Shown: positions 12,224 to 22,296, counted from the first letter of the stretch. The stretch is DNA of 64,000 nucleotides from Phyllobates terribilis (GCF_046119375.1 NW_027362772.1:151280001-151344000); one strand, 5' to 3'. Notes: generated by a model from the letters alone, not told the origin. Program-made: numbers and translations.

Positions 12224-13377
12224 TTAATGTTGATGATTATGGCTTACAGTCAATGAAAACACAATCATTATCTCAGTAAATTAGAATACTTTATAACAAC
12301 AGCTTGAAAAATTATTGTAAAATCTGAAATGTTATCCTACTGAAATGTATGTTCAGTAAATGCCCTCAATACTTGGTCGGGCTCCTTTTGCATCAATTAC
12401 TGCATCAATGTGGCATGGAGGCGATCAGCCTGTGGCACTGCTGAGGTGTTATGGAAGCCCAGGTTGCTTTGATAGCAGCCTTCAGCTCGTCTGCATTGCT
12501 GGGTCTGGGGTCCCTCATCTTCCTCTTGACGATACCCCATAGATTCTCTATAATAGATTCTCTATGGGGTTAAGGTCAGGCGAGTTTGCTGGCCAATCAA
12601 GCACAGTGATACTGTTGTTAGTAAACCAGGTATTGGTACTTTTGGCAGTGTGAACAGGTGCCAAGTCCTGCTGGAGAATGACATTTCCATCTCCAAAAGC
12701 ATGAAGTGCTTTAAAATGTCCTGGTAGACGGCTGCGCTGACTTTGGTCTTGATAAAACACAGTGGCCCTACACCAGCAGATGTCATGGCTCCCCAAACCA
12801 TCACTGATTGTGGAAACTTCACACTAGACCTCAAGCAGCTTGGATTGTGGCCTCTCCACTCTTCCTCCAGACTCTGGGACCTTGATTTCCATATGAAAAT
12901 TGGAACTCTGGGACCTTGTGGAGTGTGTCAATGACTGCCTTCTGGACATCTGTCAAGTCAGCAGTCTTCCCCCATGATTGTGGAGCCAACTGAAACAGTA
13001 TATGGGACCATTTTAAACACTTAAGAAGCCTTTGCAGGTGATTTTTGTTAATTAGTCTAATTTACTGAGATAATGACTTTTGTGTTTTCATTGGCTGTAA
13101 GCCATAATCATCAACATTAACAGAAATAAACACTTGAAATAGATCACTCTGTGTGTAATGACTCTATATAATATATGAGTTTCACTTTTTGTATTGAAGA
13201 ACTGAAATAAATTAACTTTTTGATGATATTCTAATTTTATGAGATGCACCTGTATGTCTACAAATCTGTCTGCAGCTATGGATAAAATTTACTCCTGTTT
13301 ATATAACCCTTATGGAAAAGGGAGGGAGAGAAACTGAAGGGGAACAATAGAAAGGTTGTGGCTTCAAGAGCAGGGAG

Positions 13378-13408
<31 letters not shown>

Positions 13409-13499
13409 CGGGATAGAAGTAATGTAATGGGCAGAAAGTGTTTTTCCATCGTGTGCACATGATGGCTTATTCTGGGCGGTCAGATGTGCAGCCTATTAA

Positions 13500-13904
13500 A
13501 GGGGTTATCCATGAATATTTTTTTTTTTTTTTTTAAACTACAGGCCTCAGAACTAACAGGCAAGTAGTTGCTTACTGTGCCCAGTTCTGATCTCTGCCAG
13601 TATAGACCGCTCCTGCGAGCGATTCAGTGGCTTCCACTGATGTCAAGTCAGCAGACCAGCAGCATCTTTTCTTCTCTGGTCTGACGTCATGCTGATTGAC
13701 AGCTGGCTCCCCGCTGCCTAACTGCAGGGAGCTGATGGTCAATCAGCATGATGTGGGCAGTTACACCAAGTCACCAGAGCAGAAGAAGAGCTGCTTTGTT
13801 GATGTTAAGCAGCTGGATCCACGCCTGGAAGAACAGACAGGTAGTTGCCTCTGTTAGTTTTTAGACCCATAGTTTAAAAAAAAAAATGGTCCTGGACAAA
13901 CCCT
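13500..13904. mobile_element. Kolobok/T2-type MITE
   Basis: TTAA|AGGGGTTATCCA ... TGGACAAACCCT|TTAA. Confidence 0.65.
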
Positions 13905-13983
13905 TTAATTTTCTCATTACAACGAGATGCATCCTCAAGTTTAGCAAAACTGTTTTGTAAATTATTCTCTTTTATTTATTTAG

Positions 13984-14081
13984 ATATTATCCACAAGTTT
14001 ATCAGAGACAAGTATTCAAAGCGGTTTCCTGAGCTGGAGTCTCTGGTTCCTAATGCCTTGGACTACATAAGAACAGTGAAG
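13984..14081 (+). CDS. PRPF31: PRPF31 exon 5
   Basis: (N)IIHKFIRDKYSKRFPELESLVPNALDYIRTVK, 98 nt. Confidence 0.98.
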
Positions 14082-14567
14082 GTAGGTGGTGAGGCCGTAT
14101 GTGCTGTGTAATGTGAAGGGGCAAAAAATTGCACTTTTCCGTGGTTCACTTTTGCGGGAGCTAAATTCAGATGTATGTAAATAGACTGCAGTGCCTGGAC
14201 CAACAACGGGGCCTCTGAGCCTAATAGCATCATGTGTACCAAAGAGATGAATATTCCCCAATATATCACATCTTATTCAGCATCAAATAGCAAATAACAA
14301 GAGCTTGTATTAAAAACAGCAAACAGTGGTGTAATAGAAGATTGGTCAGACATGTCATAAGCTAAGGGTAGATCAATCTAAATTAATAAGTGAGTGATAG
14401 CAGGCATCTCGTGTAAAAATACTTTAGCAGTAACTAAAACGTATATATATCCTCACTAGGTCCCTATGTACAGTATCATACAATTCATACTCGGAGGATA
14501 TAACACAGTGCCAATAGCAATGTTTTCTTATAAGTCGTCAAAATAATCCTATACCAGAAACTCTTAA

Positions 14568-14882
14568 AAGGGTTGTCCAGGTTAGGGATGTGATTGCAGA
14601 CTTTTGAATCCTGATAGCGTGCGCTCTGCATGCACGGGCAGCGAGAGCGGGCGATAGCATGACGGCAAGTATACAATTTGCATACGTGCTGTCACGTGCC
14701 GACTAGATGAATTTACTTGGATTGACTGAGGCCGTGCACATCTAGTCTGAATTTGGCAGGAAGTATGTGAATTGTATACTGGCAGTCTTGTGACTGCCTG
14801 TTCTCACCGCCGTCACTACATGCTCTCAGGATTCAAAAGTCCTAGTGATTGCAGACTTTAATCCCACACCTGGACAACCCCT
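14568..14882. mobile_element. Kolobok/T2-type foldback MITE
   Basis: TTAA|AAGGGTTGTCCAGGT ... ACCTGGACAACCCCT|TTAA with internal inverted arms. Confidence 0.7.
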
Positions 14883-15735
14883 TTAAGATTATATTAAGGA
14901 TGTATATTGGTGGGCCTATAAAGATGATCAATCTAAGCCTACCTCCATCACCACATTACAGCCAGCGTCTCAGACTGTATGACTCTGGTGCACCAACCAC
15001 AGACGCCTTGAAGCATAATATTTTTTAGTCCTGCTACTTCAGGAGGTCACATATGCCTTTTGAAGGTGTTATTTCAGGTCAGGAGACCATGATCCGTCCA
15101 GACATGGCAGTCCTTATAGAGACCGTGAAATACGACGTCTACGGACTTTTCCAATACATATTACAGTAGCAATGTTGTAAATTATATTTCTTGAAATCTC
15201 ATTCACATGGTGAGGGATGTCAGCAAAGCGTGAAACGTGCGTAAAATCTGCTCATTTTCCACTACAAATTGTAAATAAATAAATTGCAAATAAGTATTTG
15301 CAAAAATTGTAACATCCCTTTTAAAGGGTTATTCCCAAAATATGAAGTTCGCTTCAATCGATAGAACAGAGGGATAATTTGCTGATCGTTGGGACCCCTG
15401 TGGATCCTGGGAACCCCATCCTGAATGGAGTGGAGGTGCACATGTGTGGCCTCCGCGCCATTCATTGTTCATGGGACTGCCGGAAACAGCCGAGCGCAGT
15501 ACTCTGCAGTCCCATAGACAATGACGGCTCACCACTGAAAACAAAGAGTTAATGAAGCTCACCACGCCGGTAAATCCTTCCGAGGGTGCCGGTTAACCTC
15601 TGCTTTTTTTTTTTAGGACGGGGCTGCAGAATAAATCTATTTATAACCTTCCACAACATTGTATGAAAGCTGATATTCGTGTCTGAGCAGTTGACTTTGC
15701 ATCTAACATAAACCTAATTTACGATTATTTTTCAG

Positions 15736-15842
15736 GAGTTGGGAAACAATCTGGATAAATGTAAGAATAATGAGAATCTTCAGCAGATTCTGACCAATGC
15801 CACCATCATGGTTGTGAGTGTGACGGCCTCCACTACACAGGG
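15736..15842 (+). CDS. PRPF31: PRPF31 exon 6
   Basis: ELGNNLDKCKNNENLQQILTNATIMVVSVTASTTQ(G), 107 nt. Confidence 0.98.
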
Positions 15843-15929
15843 GTAAGCCCGTACACACGCACCGTGTTTTCTGTATCCCCATGCTGTGCTTTCTGATCGC
15901 CTTTCCTGGTATTTGCGGTTTATATACAG

Positions 15930-16099
15930 ACAGCAGCTGACATGTGAGGAATTGGAACGCATTGAAGAAGCGTGTGACATGGCGCTGGAGCTGAACCAGT
16001 CCAAACACCGCATCTATGAGTACGTGGAGTCCCGCATGTCCTTCATCGCTCCCAATCTCTCCATCATTGTTGGGGCCTCAACTGCAGCCAAGATAATGG
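15930..16099 (+). CDS. PRPF31: PRPF31 exon 7
   Basis: QQLTCEELERIEEACDMALELNQSKHRIYEYVESRMSFIAPNLSIIVGASTAAKIM, 170 nt. Confidence 0.98.
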
Positions 16100-16236
16100 G
16101 TAATATGTGAAGCTTATTGTCCTGTACTACTTTTCCATTATCCATGTAAGCACATGCGAGCAGTACACAAATGGAAGTAGATATGCAGCACTTTATGGTC
16201 TTAGGTGTACTAACATCACAACCTTGTCCTTTCCAG

Positions 16237-16394
16237 GTGTAGCTGGTGGTCTTACAAACCTCTCTAAGATGCCTGCCTGCAATGTGATGCTCCTGGGAGC
16301 TCAGAGGAAAACCTTATCTGGCTTTTCTAGCACTTCTGTCCTTCCTCATACAGGTTACATTTACCACAGTGACATCGTCCAGTTATTGCCCTCG
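16237..16394 (+). CDS. PRPF31: PRPF31 exon 8 (Nop domain)
   Basis: (G)VAGGLTNLSKMPACNVMLLGAQRKTLSGFSSTSVLPHTGYIYHSDIVQLLPS, 158 nt. Confidence 0.98.
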
Positions 16395-16470
16395 GTAAGC
16401 AATGGAAACCTTTCTGTGCTAGAACTGTAGTGGCCAAGGCTGAACATATTTTGCCTTCATGTAATTTTAG

Positions 16471-16560
16471 GACTTGCATCGAAAGGCAGCACGATTGGTG
16501 TCTGCAAAGTGCACCTTGGCAGCGCGAGTAGACAGCTTTCATGAGAGCACAGAGGGAAAG
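16471..16560 (+). CDS. PRPF31: PRPF31 exon 9 (Nop domain)
   Basis: DLHRKAARLVSAKCTLAARVDSFHESTEGK, 90 nt. Confidence 0.97.
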
Positions 16561-16749
16561 GTTTGTATTAGAGGGACTTACTACTCATATATAGACCCCT
16601 GTCCTTGGTTACATCCATGTAATATAGCAGGGAAGGTATAACGGACTCTTGTAATGCTGGACGCGCCATCTGATTATAGTTTGTGACTTGCTGTCAGACT
16701 ATAATAGTTGTGCCTCTGTACCCTCGTGTGTCATATATAAAATTATATA

Positions 16750-17925
16750 CAGGTGCATCTCACTAAATTAGAATATCATCAAAAAGTTAATTGATTTCGG
16801 TTCTTCAATACAAAAAGTGAAACTCATATATTATATAGAGTCATTACAAACAGAGTGATCTATTTCACGTGTTTATTTCTGTTAATGTTGATGATTATGG
16901 CCAATAAAAACACAAAAGTCATCTCAGTAAATTAGAATAATTAACAAAAAAACACCTGCAAAGGCTTCTGAAGCGTTTAAAAAGGTCCCTTAGTCTGTTT
17001 CAGTAGGCTCCACAATCATGGGAAAGACTGCTGACTTGACAGATATCCAGAAGGCAGTCATTGACACACTCCACAAGGTCCCAGAGTTCCAATTTTCATT
17101 TGGAAATCACGGTCCCAGAGTCTGGAGGAAGAGTGGAGAGACCACAATCCAAGCTGCTTGAGGTCTAGTGTGAAGTTTCCACAATCGGTGATGGTTTGGG
17201 GAGCCATGTCATCTGCTGGTGTAGGTCCACTGTGTTTTATCAAGACCAAAGTCAGCGCAGCCGTCTACCAGGACATTTTAGAGCACTTCATGCTTCCCTC
17301 TGCTGACAAGCTTTTTGGAGATGGAAATGTCATTCTCCAGCAGGACTTGGCCCCTGTCCACACTGCCAAAAGTACCAATACCTGGTTTATATACAACAGT
17401 ATCACTGTGCTTGATTGGCCAGCAAACTCACCTGACCTTAACCCCATAGAGAATCTATTATAGAGAATCTATGGGGTATTGTCAAGAGGAAGATGAGGGA
17501 CCCCAGACCCAGCAATGCAGACGAGCTGAAGGCTGCTATCAAAGCCACCTGGGCTTCCATAACACCTCAGCAGTGCCACAGGCTGATCGCCTCCATGCCA
17601 CGTCACATTGATGCAGTAATTGATGCAAAAGGAGGCCCGACCAAGTATTGAGGGCATTTACTGAACATACATTTCAGTAGGATAACATTTTGGATTTTAA
17701 AAACCTTTTTCAAGCTGTTGTTATAAAGTATTCTAATTTACTGAGATAATGACTTTTGTGTTTTCATTGGCTGTAAGCCATAATCATCAACATTAACAGA
17801 AATAAACACTTGAAATAGATCACTCTGTTTGTAATGACTCTATATAATATAGGAGTTTCTCTTTTTGTATTGAACTGAAATAAATTAACTTTTTGATGAT
17901 ATTCTAATTTAGTGAGAAGCACCTG
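16750..17925 (+). mobile_element. Internally deleted Tc1 element, family B, copy 2 (intron 9)
   Basis: TA|CAGGTGCATCTCACTAAATTAG ... AGTGAGAAGCACCTG|TA; ~200-bp TIRs; transposase remnant 17158-17463 (QQDLAPVH, WPANSPDLNPIE). Confidence 0.92.
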
Positions 17926-17946
17926 TATATATAATATAAAATATAT

Positions 17947-18210
17947 GGCAGCACGTTGGCTCAATGGTTAGCACTGTTGCTTTGCAGCGCTGGGGTCCTG
18001 GGTTCAAATCCCACCAAGGACAACATCTGCAAGGAGTTTGTATGTTCTCCCCGTGTTTGTGTGGGTTTCCTCCGGGTTCTCCGGTTTCCTGCCACACTCC
18101 AAAGACATACTGATAGGGAATGTAGATTGTGAGCCCCAATGGGGACAGTGCCCATAATCTGTAAAGTGCTGCTGAATTATGGCTCTACATAAGTGAGTAA
18201 AATAAATAAT
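17947..18210 (+). mobile_element. tRNA-derived SINE (V-SINE-like)
   Basis: A box TGGCTCAATGG, B box GGTTCAAATCC, central GGGTTTCCTCCGGGTTCTCCGGTTTCCT..CACACTCCAAAGACAT, tail ending AATAAATAAT. Confidence 0.85.
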
Positions 18211-18229
18211 TGGATGTTCCTCCTTATAG

Positions 18230-18357
18230 GTTGGCTATGATCTAAAAGAGGAGATTGAAAGGAAGTTTGATAAGTGGCAAGAACCTCCTCCCGTGAAACA
18301 GGTGAAACCTCTGCCAGCACCCCTTGATGGACAGAGAAAGAAACGTGGCGGGCGCCG
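18230..18357 (+). CDS. PRPF31: PRPF31 exon 10
   Basis: VGYDLKEEIERKFDKWQEPPPVKQVKPLPAPLDGQRKKRGGR(R), 128 nt, includes the basic NLS. Confidence 0.98.
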
Positions 18358-18440
18358 GTAAGTGGCACTTCTTCTTTTTAATTTTTTTATTTACATTTTT
18401 AAAGATGAAATTATTATATTTACCCCCCTCCAACCCCCAG

Positions 18441-18513
18441 GTACCGTAAAATGAAAGAACGACTTGGACTGACAGAAATCCGCAAACAGGCTAATAGAAT
18501 GAGCTTTGGAGAG
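18441..18513 (+). CDS. PRPF31: PRPF31 exon 11
   Basis: YRKMKERLGLTEIRKQANRMSFGE, 73 nt. Confidence 0.98.
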
Positions 18514-18660
18514 GTGGGCACTTCCTTACCAACCCTGCTTTTATCTGTCTGCTTGATAGCATAAGTATGTCATAGGGTATCTACAATGGTGATACTTGTC
18601 ACATTACCCAAAAAGATGTTTAAACGTGACAATGGGGGAATGGGCTGCCCAGTTCCTTAA

Positions 18661-18986
18661 AGGGGTATTCCCATTGCCACGATCTTATCCCAATATGTCA
18701 TAGGTGTAATAATAGTATTAGCAAATACCTCCAGTGGGAAATGTAGTATAGTTCTTCTGATTCATCATGTACAGGGCATTACAGTAGCTTAGATATCCAT
18801 GGTTACGACCACTAACAGCTAACTGTCACTATGAGTGGTAGTAACTATGGACACCTAAGCTACTGCAATGCCCTGCACATGGGGTAAGCGACATAGCTAA
18901 TCAGAAGAACTATATTACATTTTTAATTGGAGGCATTTGCAAAAGACTATCTGATGATATCCATCTATGGAGATGGGAATAACCCT
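18661..18986. mobile_element. Kolobok/T2-type foldback MITE in intron 11
   Basis: TTAA|AGGGGTATTCCCAT ... ATGGGAATAACCCT|TTAT; same family as 20756-21158. Confidence 0.75.
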
Positions 18987-19546
18987 TTATGCTAAAACCT
19001 GTCCACTTTGCTGGCTATGTGAGTTTGTCTGCGACACTGCTAAGCGGCACTGCTTTATACCAAAACCTGTTGAAAAACGTGGTATCTGTGCCTTCATCCT
19101 CCACAAGATAAAACTGCCTTTCATGCACTTTCAGTTTGTGTCTAGTAACTCTGCATATTCTCCTGCTCCGTAACTTGCAATCCACTCTTTGTGAGTGAGC
19201 AGTTCCTCTCCATTAGCATTCTGCCAGCACTATAGATTCTGGAACTTCCTTTTCTTCATTTCCAAGTATGCATTGTTCGTGCCATTGTCCAGTGATTTAC
19301 AGATTGATAATGTGATAAATGAGATCCAGTTGACCATGTAAGTAGCCATATGATGCAGAGTCGCACAGTGGCCTAGTCACCATATAGCCCTCTATCCCAG
19401 TGTCACTTTTTATACCTCTGGTGTGATTCGTGGCCAGCGTCTTCATGTACAGCACCCTTAAATGCTAATAATTTAGTTTTGTTAACCATGATATTCATAA
19501 CCATGCTATAAAAGAATAATTTATGTGATTTTTGACTTTCTTGTAG

Positions 19547-19675
19547 ATCGAAGAAGATGCATATCAGGAAGACTTGGGCTTCAGTTTAGGACATCTTGGG
19601 AAGTCTGGAAGTGGTAGAATACGGCAAGCACAAGTTAATGAAGCCACCAAAGCCAGAATCTCTAAAACATTACAG
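19547..19675 (+). CDS. PRPF31: PRPF31 exon 12
   Basis: IEEDAYQEDLGFSLGHLGKSGSGRIRQAQVNEATKARISKTLQ, 129 nt. Confidence 0.98.
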
Positions 19676-19768
19676 GTGAGCTGAGAACGCAGGCATTTAC
19701 CAGGCGTTTAGATTGTGTGTCCTTGCAGTTGCGTTCACCGTTCCCTCCAATCTTAATGTCTTTACCAG

Positions 19769-19867
19769 CGTACACTACAGAGGCAGAGCATGGTTTATGG
19801 AGGAAAGTCCACAGTAAGAGACAGATCTTCGGGAACTGCTTCCAGCGTAGCCTTTACTCCCCTTCAG
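19769..19867 (+). CDS. PRPF31: PRPF31 exon 13
   Basis: RTLQRQSMVYGGKSTVRDRSSGTASSVAFTPLQ, 99 nt. Confidence 0.98.
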
Positions 19868-20184
19868 GTAAGCCCTGCTGTATTAAACTTCATGGTCATC
19901 GCTTTATGTTTTGCATTGCTACTCAATAAGGCTGGATGTGAACTGCCTGGAAAAGAATTAAGGAAATTAATTATCCTTTTATTTTTGCATCCACATTGCG
20001 TCAGAAAAAAACCCTCAAACCGTTAATTTATATTAAGCGCATCCACTCTCTTTGAGTGAGTGGTTCCTGTTTATCAGCTTTTTGCCAGCACTATAGGAGC
20101 TGGCACTTTTCCTTTCTTCCCAGCTTATGTTGGTCAGTTTCATATATTCTGTATTCCTACTTATTTTCTATTATATCACTTCAG

Positions 20185-20310
20185 GGTCTAGAGATTGTTA
20201 ACCCACAAGCTGCAGAGAAGAAGGTGGCTGAGGCCAATCAGAAATATTTTTCCAGCATGGCAGAGTTCCTGAAAGTGAAGCATGAGAAAAATGGTACTAT
20301 GACGCAGTGA
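20185..20310 (+). CDS. PRPF31: PRPF31 exon 14, last coding exon
   Basis: GLEIVNPQAAEKKVAEANQKYFSSMAEFLKVKHEKNGTMTQ*, TGA at 20308-20310. Confidence 0.98.
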   Translation, partial: GLEIVNPQAAEKKVAEANQKYFSSMAEFLKVKHEKNGTMTQ

Positions 20311-20599
20311 AGTGGCTGTATTAAATGGGGACTTGTCTGAATGATGCAATGGCCACCTAGATTCTTCGGGCAACTCTATTCACCTCGTCTGTAAGGAACG
20401 GAGACCATTTACAGGGTAACGGAGGATATTTATTTAAAGGAAACTTGTGGATGAGCACCACATGGCAACCTTACACCACGTCATGGGAGAAGAGAGCAAT
20501 TTTCCAGTTCGTTTGAGAAGAATCAAATTTCTATGTTCAGTAAAATGGACTTTATTCTTTGTTTTTAATCAGGTGGATGTTGTTATATCTGTACTGCAG

Positions 20600-20605
20600 A
20601 ATAAA
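20600..20605 (+). terminator. Probable PRPF31 polyadenylation signal
   Basis: First AATAAA after the stop (290 nt downstream), followed by a T/GT-rich tract. Confidence 0.65.
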
Positions 20606-20755
20606 TGGTATTCTATTTGTTGTATCATACACTGTGTGCCTTTAATACTGTTCTCCATGCTGCCATATGGAATAGTGTGACTTATTCAAGCATATGATTG
20701 CATACACAGGTAGGTGGAAGAGGGTGATGTGAAAGTTTTAGATAATATCCCTTAA

Positions 20756-21158
20756 AGGGGTATCCTCATCTCCAAGATCCTATCCCAATATGTAGTAGGT
20801 GTAATAATATTTGCAAATACCTCCAGTTAGAATTGTAGTATATCTACATTTCTACTGTAATGCCCTGCACATGAGGTAAGTGACATAGAAAAGCAGATCT
20901 ATACTACATGTCACTTACCCCGTGTGCAGGGCATTGCACTAGCCTAGATATCCATGCTTATCCCCACCAAAAGCTAACTAACTGTCACAATGCACAATGT
21001 AAGTGGTCGTAACCCAGCTACTGCAATGCCGTGCACATAGGGTAAGCGACATTGCGAATCAGAAGAACTATACTACATTTCTAACTGGAGGTATGTGCTA
21101 ATATTATTATTACATCTACTACATATTGGGATAGGATCTTGGAGATGGGAATACCCCT
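20756..21158. mobile_element. Kolobok/T2-type foldback MITE just downstream of the PRPF31 polyA site
   Basis: TTAA|AGGGGTAT..CATCTCCAAGATCCTATCCCAATATGTAGTAG with near-perfect reverse complement CTACTACATATTGGGATAGGATCTTGGAGATGGGAATACCCCT. Confidence 0.78.
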
Positions 21159-21659
21159 TGTAATGCTAGACTGGTCTTAATATGTCCAAGTATGATTGAT
21201 GTTCTATAACTATCAGGATTAAAGGTGTATTCCAGTACTAGTAATTTAACTACTTTAAGTGTCTAATTTTAGTTTTTTTTTTTTTGCTGTCACTTTTTCT
21301 TGGTGGGGGTCAAAATGTGGTAGGAAAAAAAAAAAAATATTTAGCCAATGTTTCTTTGCGCTTTAGTTTCTATTTTCGTTCATTGTGTAATAAAAATGAA
21401 CTGGCTGTATGATGAAGAGCAAAAGATTTATAAGGGTTTGGTTGTTTTGGACCTGTGATGTCAGTACTCCTTAGCAATCAGATGATCGCATCTGTTGGGT
21501 CATTAAGCAGCTTCTATGGCAAATCATTGACAGTGATCGCCTTGCTGAGGGAACAATGGGGGCCTGAAACAGCCCACTTTAGCGTCGCACACCTTTTAAA
21601 AGGAATCTGTCAGTAAGATGCTGCATTTTTGACACAGAGGCAGAGTTTTTCCGAAGCAA

Positions 21660-22150
21660 AGATAGTCGGAGGTTCACTGATCTGAACAAATGCGGCCAAA
21701 AATTGTGGAAAAATTTTAGAAAAAAAAATGTTCATCGTAAAATTGTAAAGACTTTGAATATCCCACAATATACAGGACATATCAAAAGACTCTGATATTC
21801 TTGAAATCCATGTGTGCAAGGGTCTAAGCCGATGGTCATTATCAGATGCCCCTGATTTAGGAGTCCTAAGGCAACACTGCATTAAAAGGACATGATTTGG
21901 TCGTTCAAATCCCTGAATGGAAGACTTCCAGAAATCACTGAGCAATGAACAAATGTAAGTTTAAAGCAATTTAACACAATCCAGAAACACCAGTCTTCCC
22001 TGGGCCAAAGCTCATTTAGAATGGACTGAGGCAAAATGGAAAACTGTTCTGTGGTCAGATGAATCAAAATGTAAAATCTTTTTGGAAACCATGAAGGTCG
22101 TGTCCTGGAGACTCAAGAGGAGAGGGGACCGTCCAGCTTGTCATCGAGGA
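21660..22150 (+). mobile_element. Old, degraded Tc1 transposase remnant
   Basis: GTTCTGTGGTCAGATGAATCAAAA (VLWSDESK) at about 22046-22070; continuation of the same remnant at 24757-24860. Confidence 0.6.
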
Positions 22151-22244
22151 GAGGGAGAGCACACACTCTCCACAGCTAGAAGGCCTTATATGGCGTCTCT
22201 ACTTTTGATTAGATAAGTATATCTTTGCTCAAATCATATTACCT

Positions 22245-22296
22245 AAATCATCATTCCTGATGAACCTTTGGAAAAGGGGAAACGCGTTGAGTTTAT
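22245..22296 (+). ncRNA. Minimal type I hammerhead ribozyme motif, probably from a Penelope-like element
   Basis: CTGATGA 22257-22263, stem II CCTTT/AAAGG, GAAA 22279-22282, palindromic ACGCGT stem III, NUH triplet GTT, short stem I. Confidence 0.6.

Larger units (their letters stand above)
9345..13252 (-). mobile_element. Internally deleted Tc1 element, family B, copy 1, split by a piggyBac-like insertion
   Basis: Long TIR (C/A)GGTGCATCTCACTAAATTAGAATATC with TA flanks. The left TIR breaks at 9476 and resumes at 12224. Transposase remnant (WPANSPDLNPIE) at 12548-12796. Confidence 0.88.

Noticed and set aside
16125-16185. Hairpin in intron 7 (CTACTTTTCCATT / AATGGAAGTAG) as snoRNA or miRNA
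   Set aside because: Only ~11 bp of stem around a large unstructured loop; no C/D or H/ACA boxes.
17947-18020. tRNA gene (also 43907-43995)
   Set aside because: A and B boxes are present but there is no complete cloverleaf; the sequence continues into a SINE body and A-rich tail.
5968-20184. Minor (U12-type) introns in PRPF31
   Set aside because: All donors are ordinary GT types; none has the GTATCCTT or ATATCCTT consensus.
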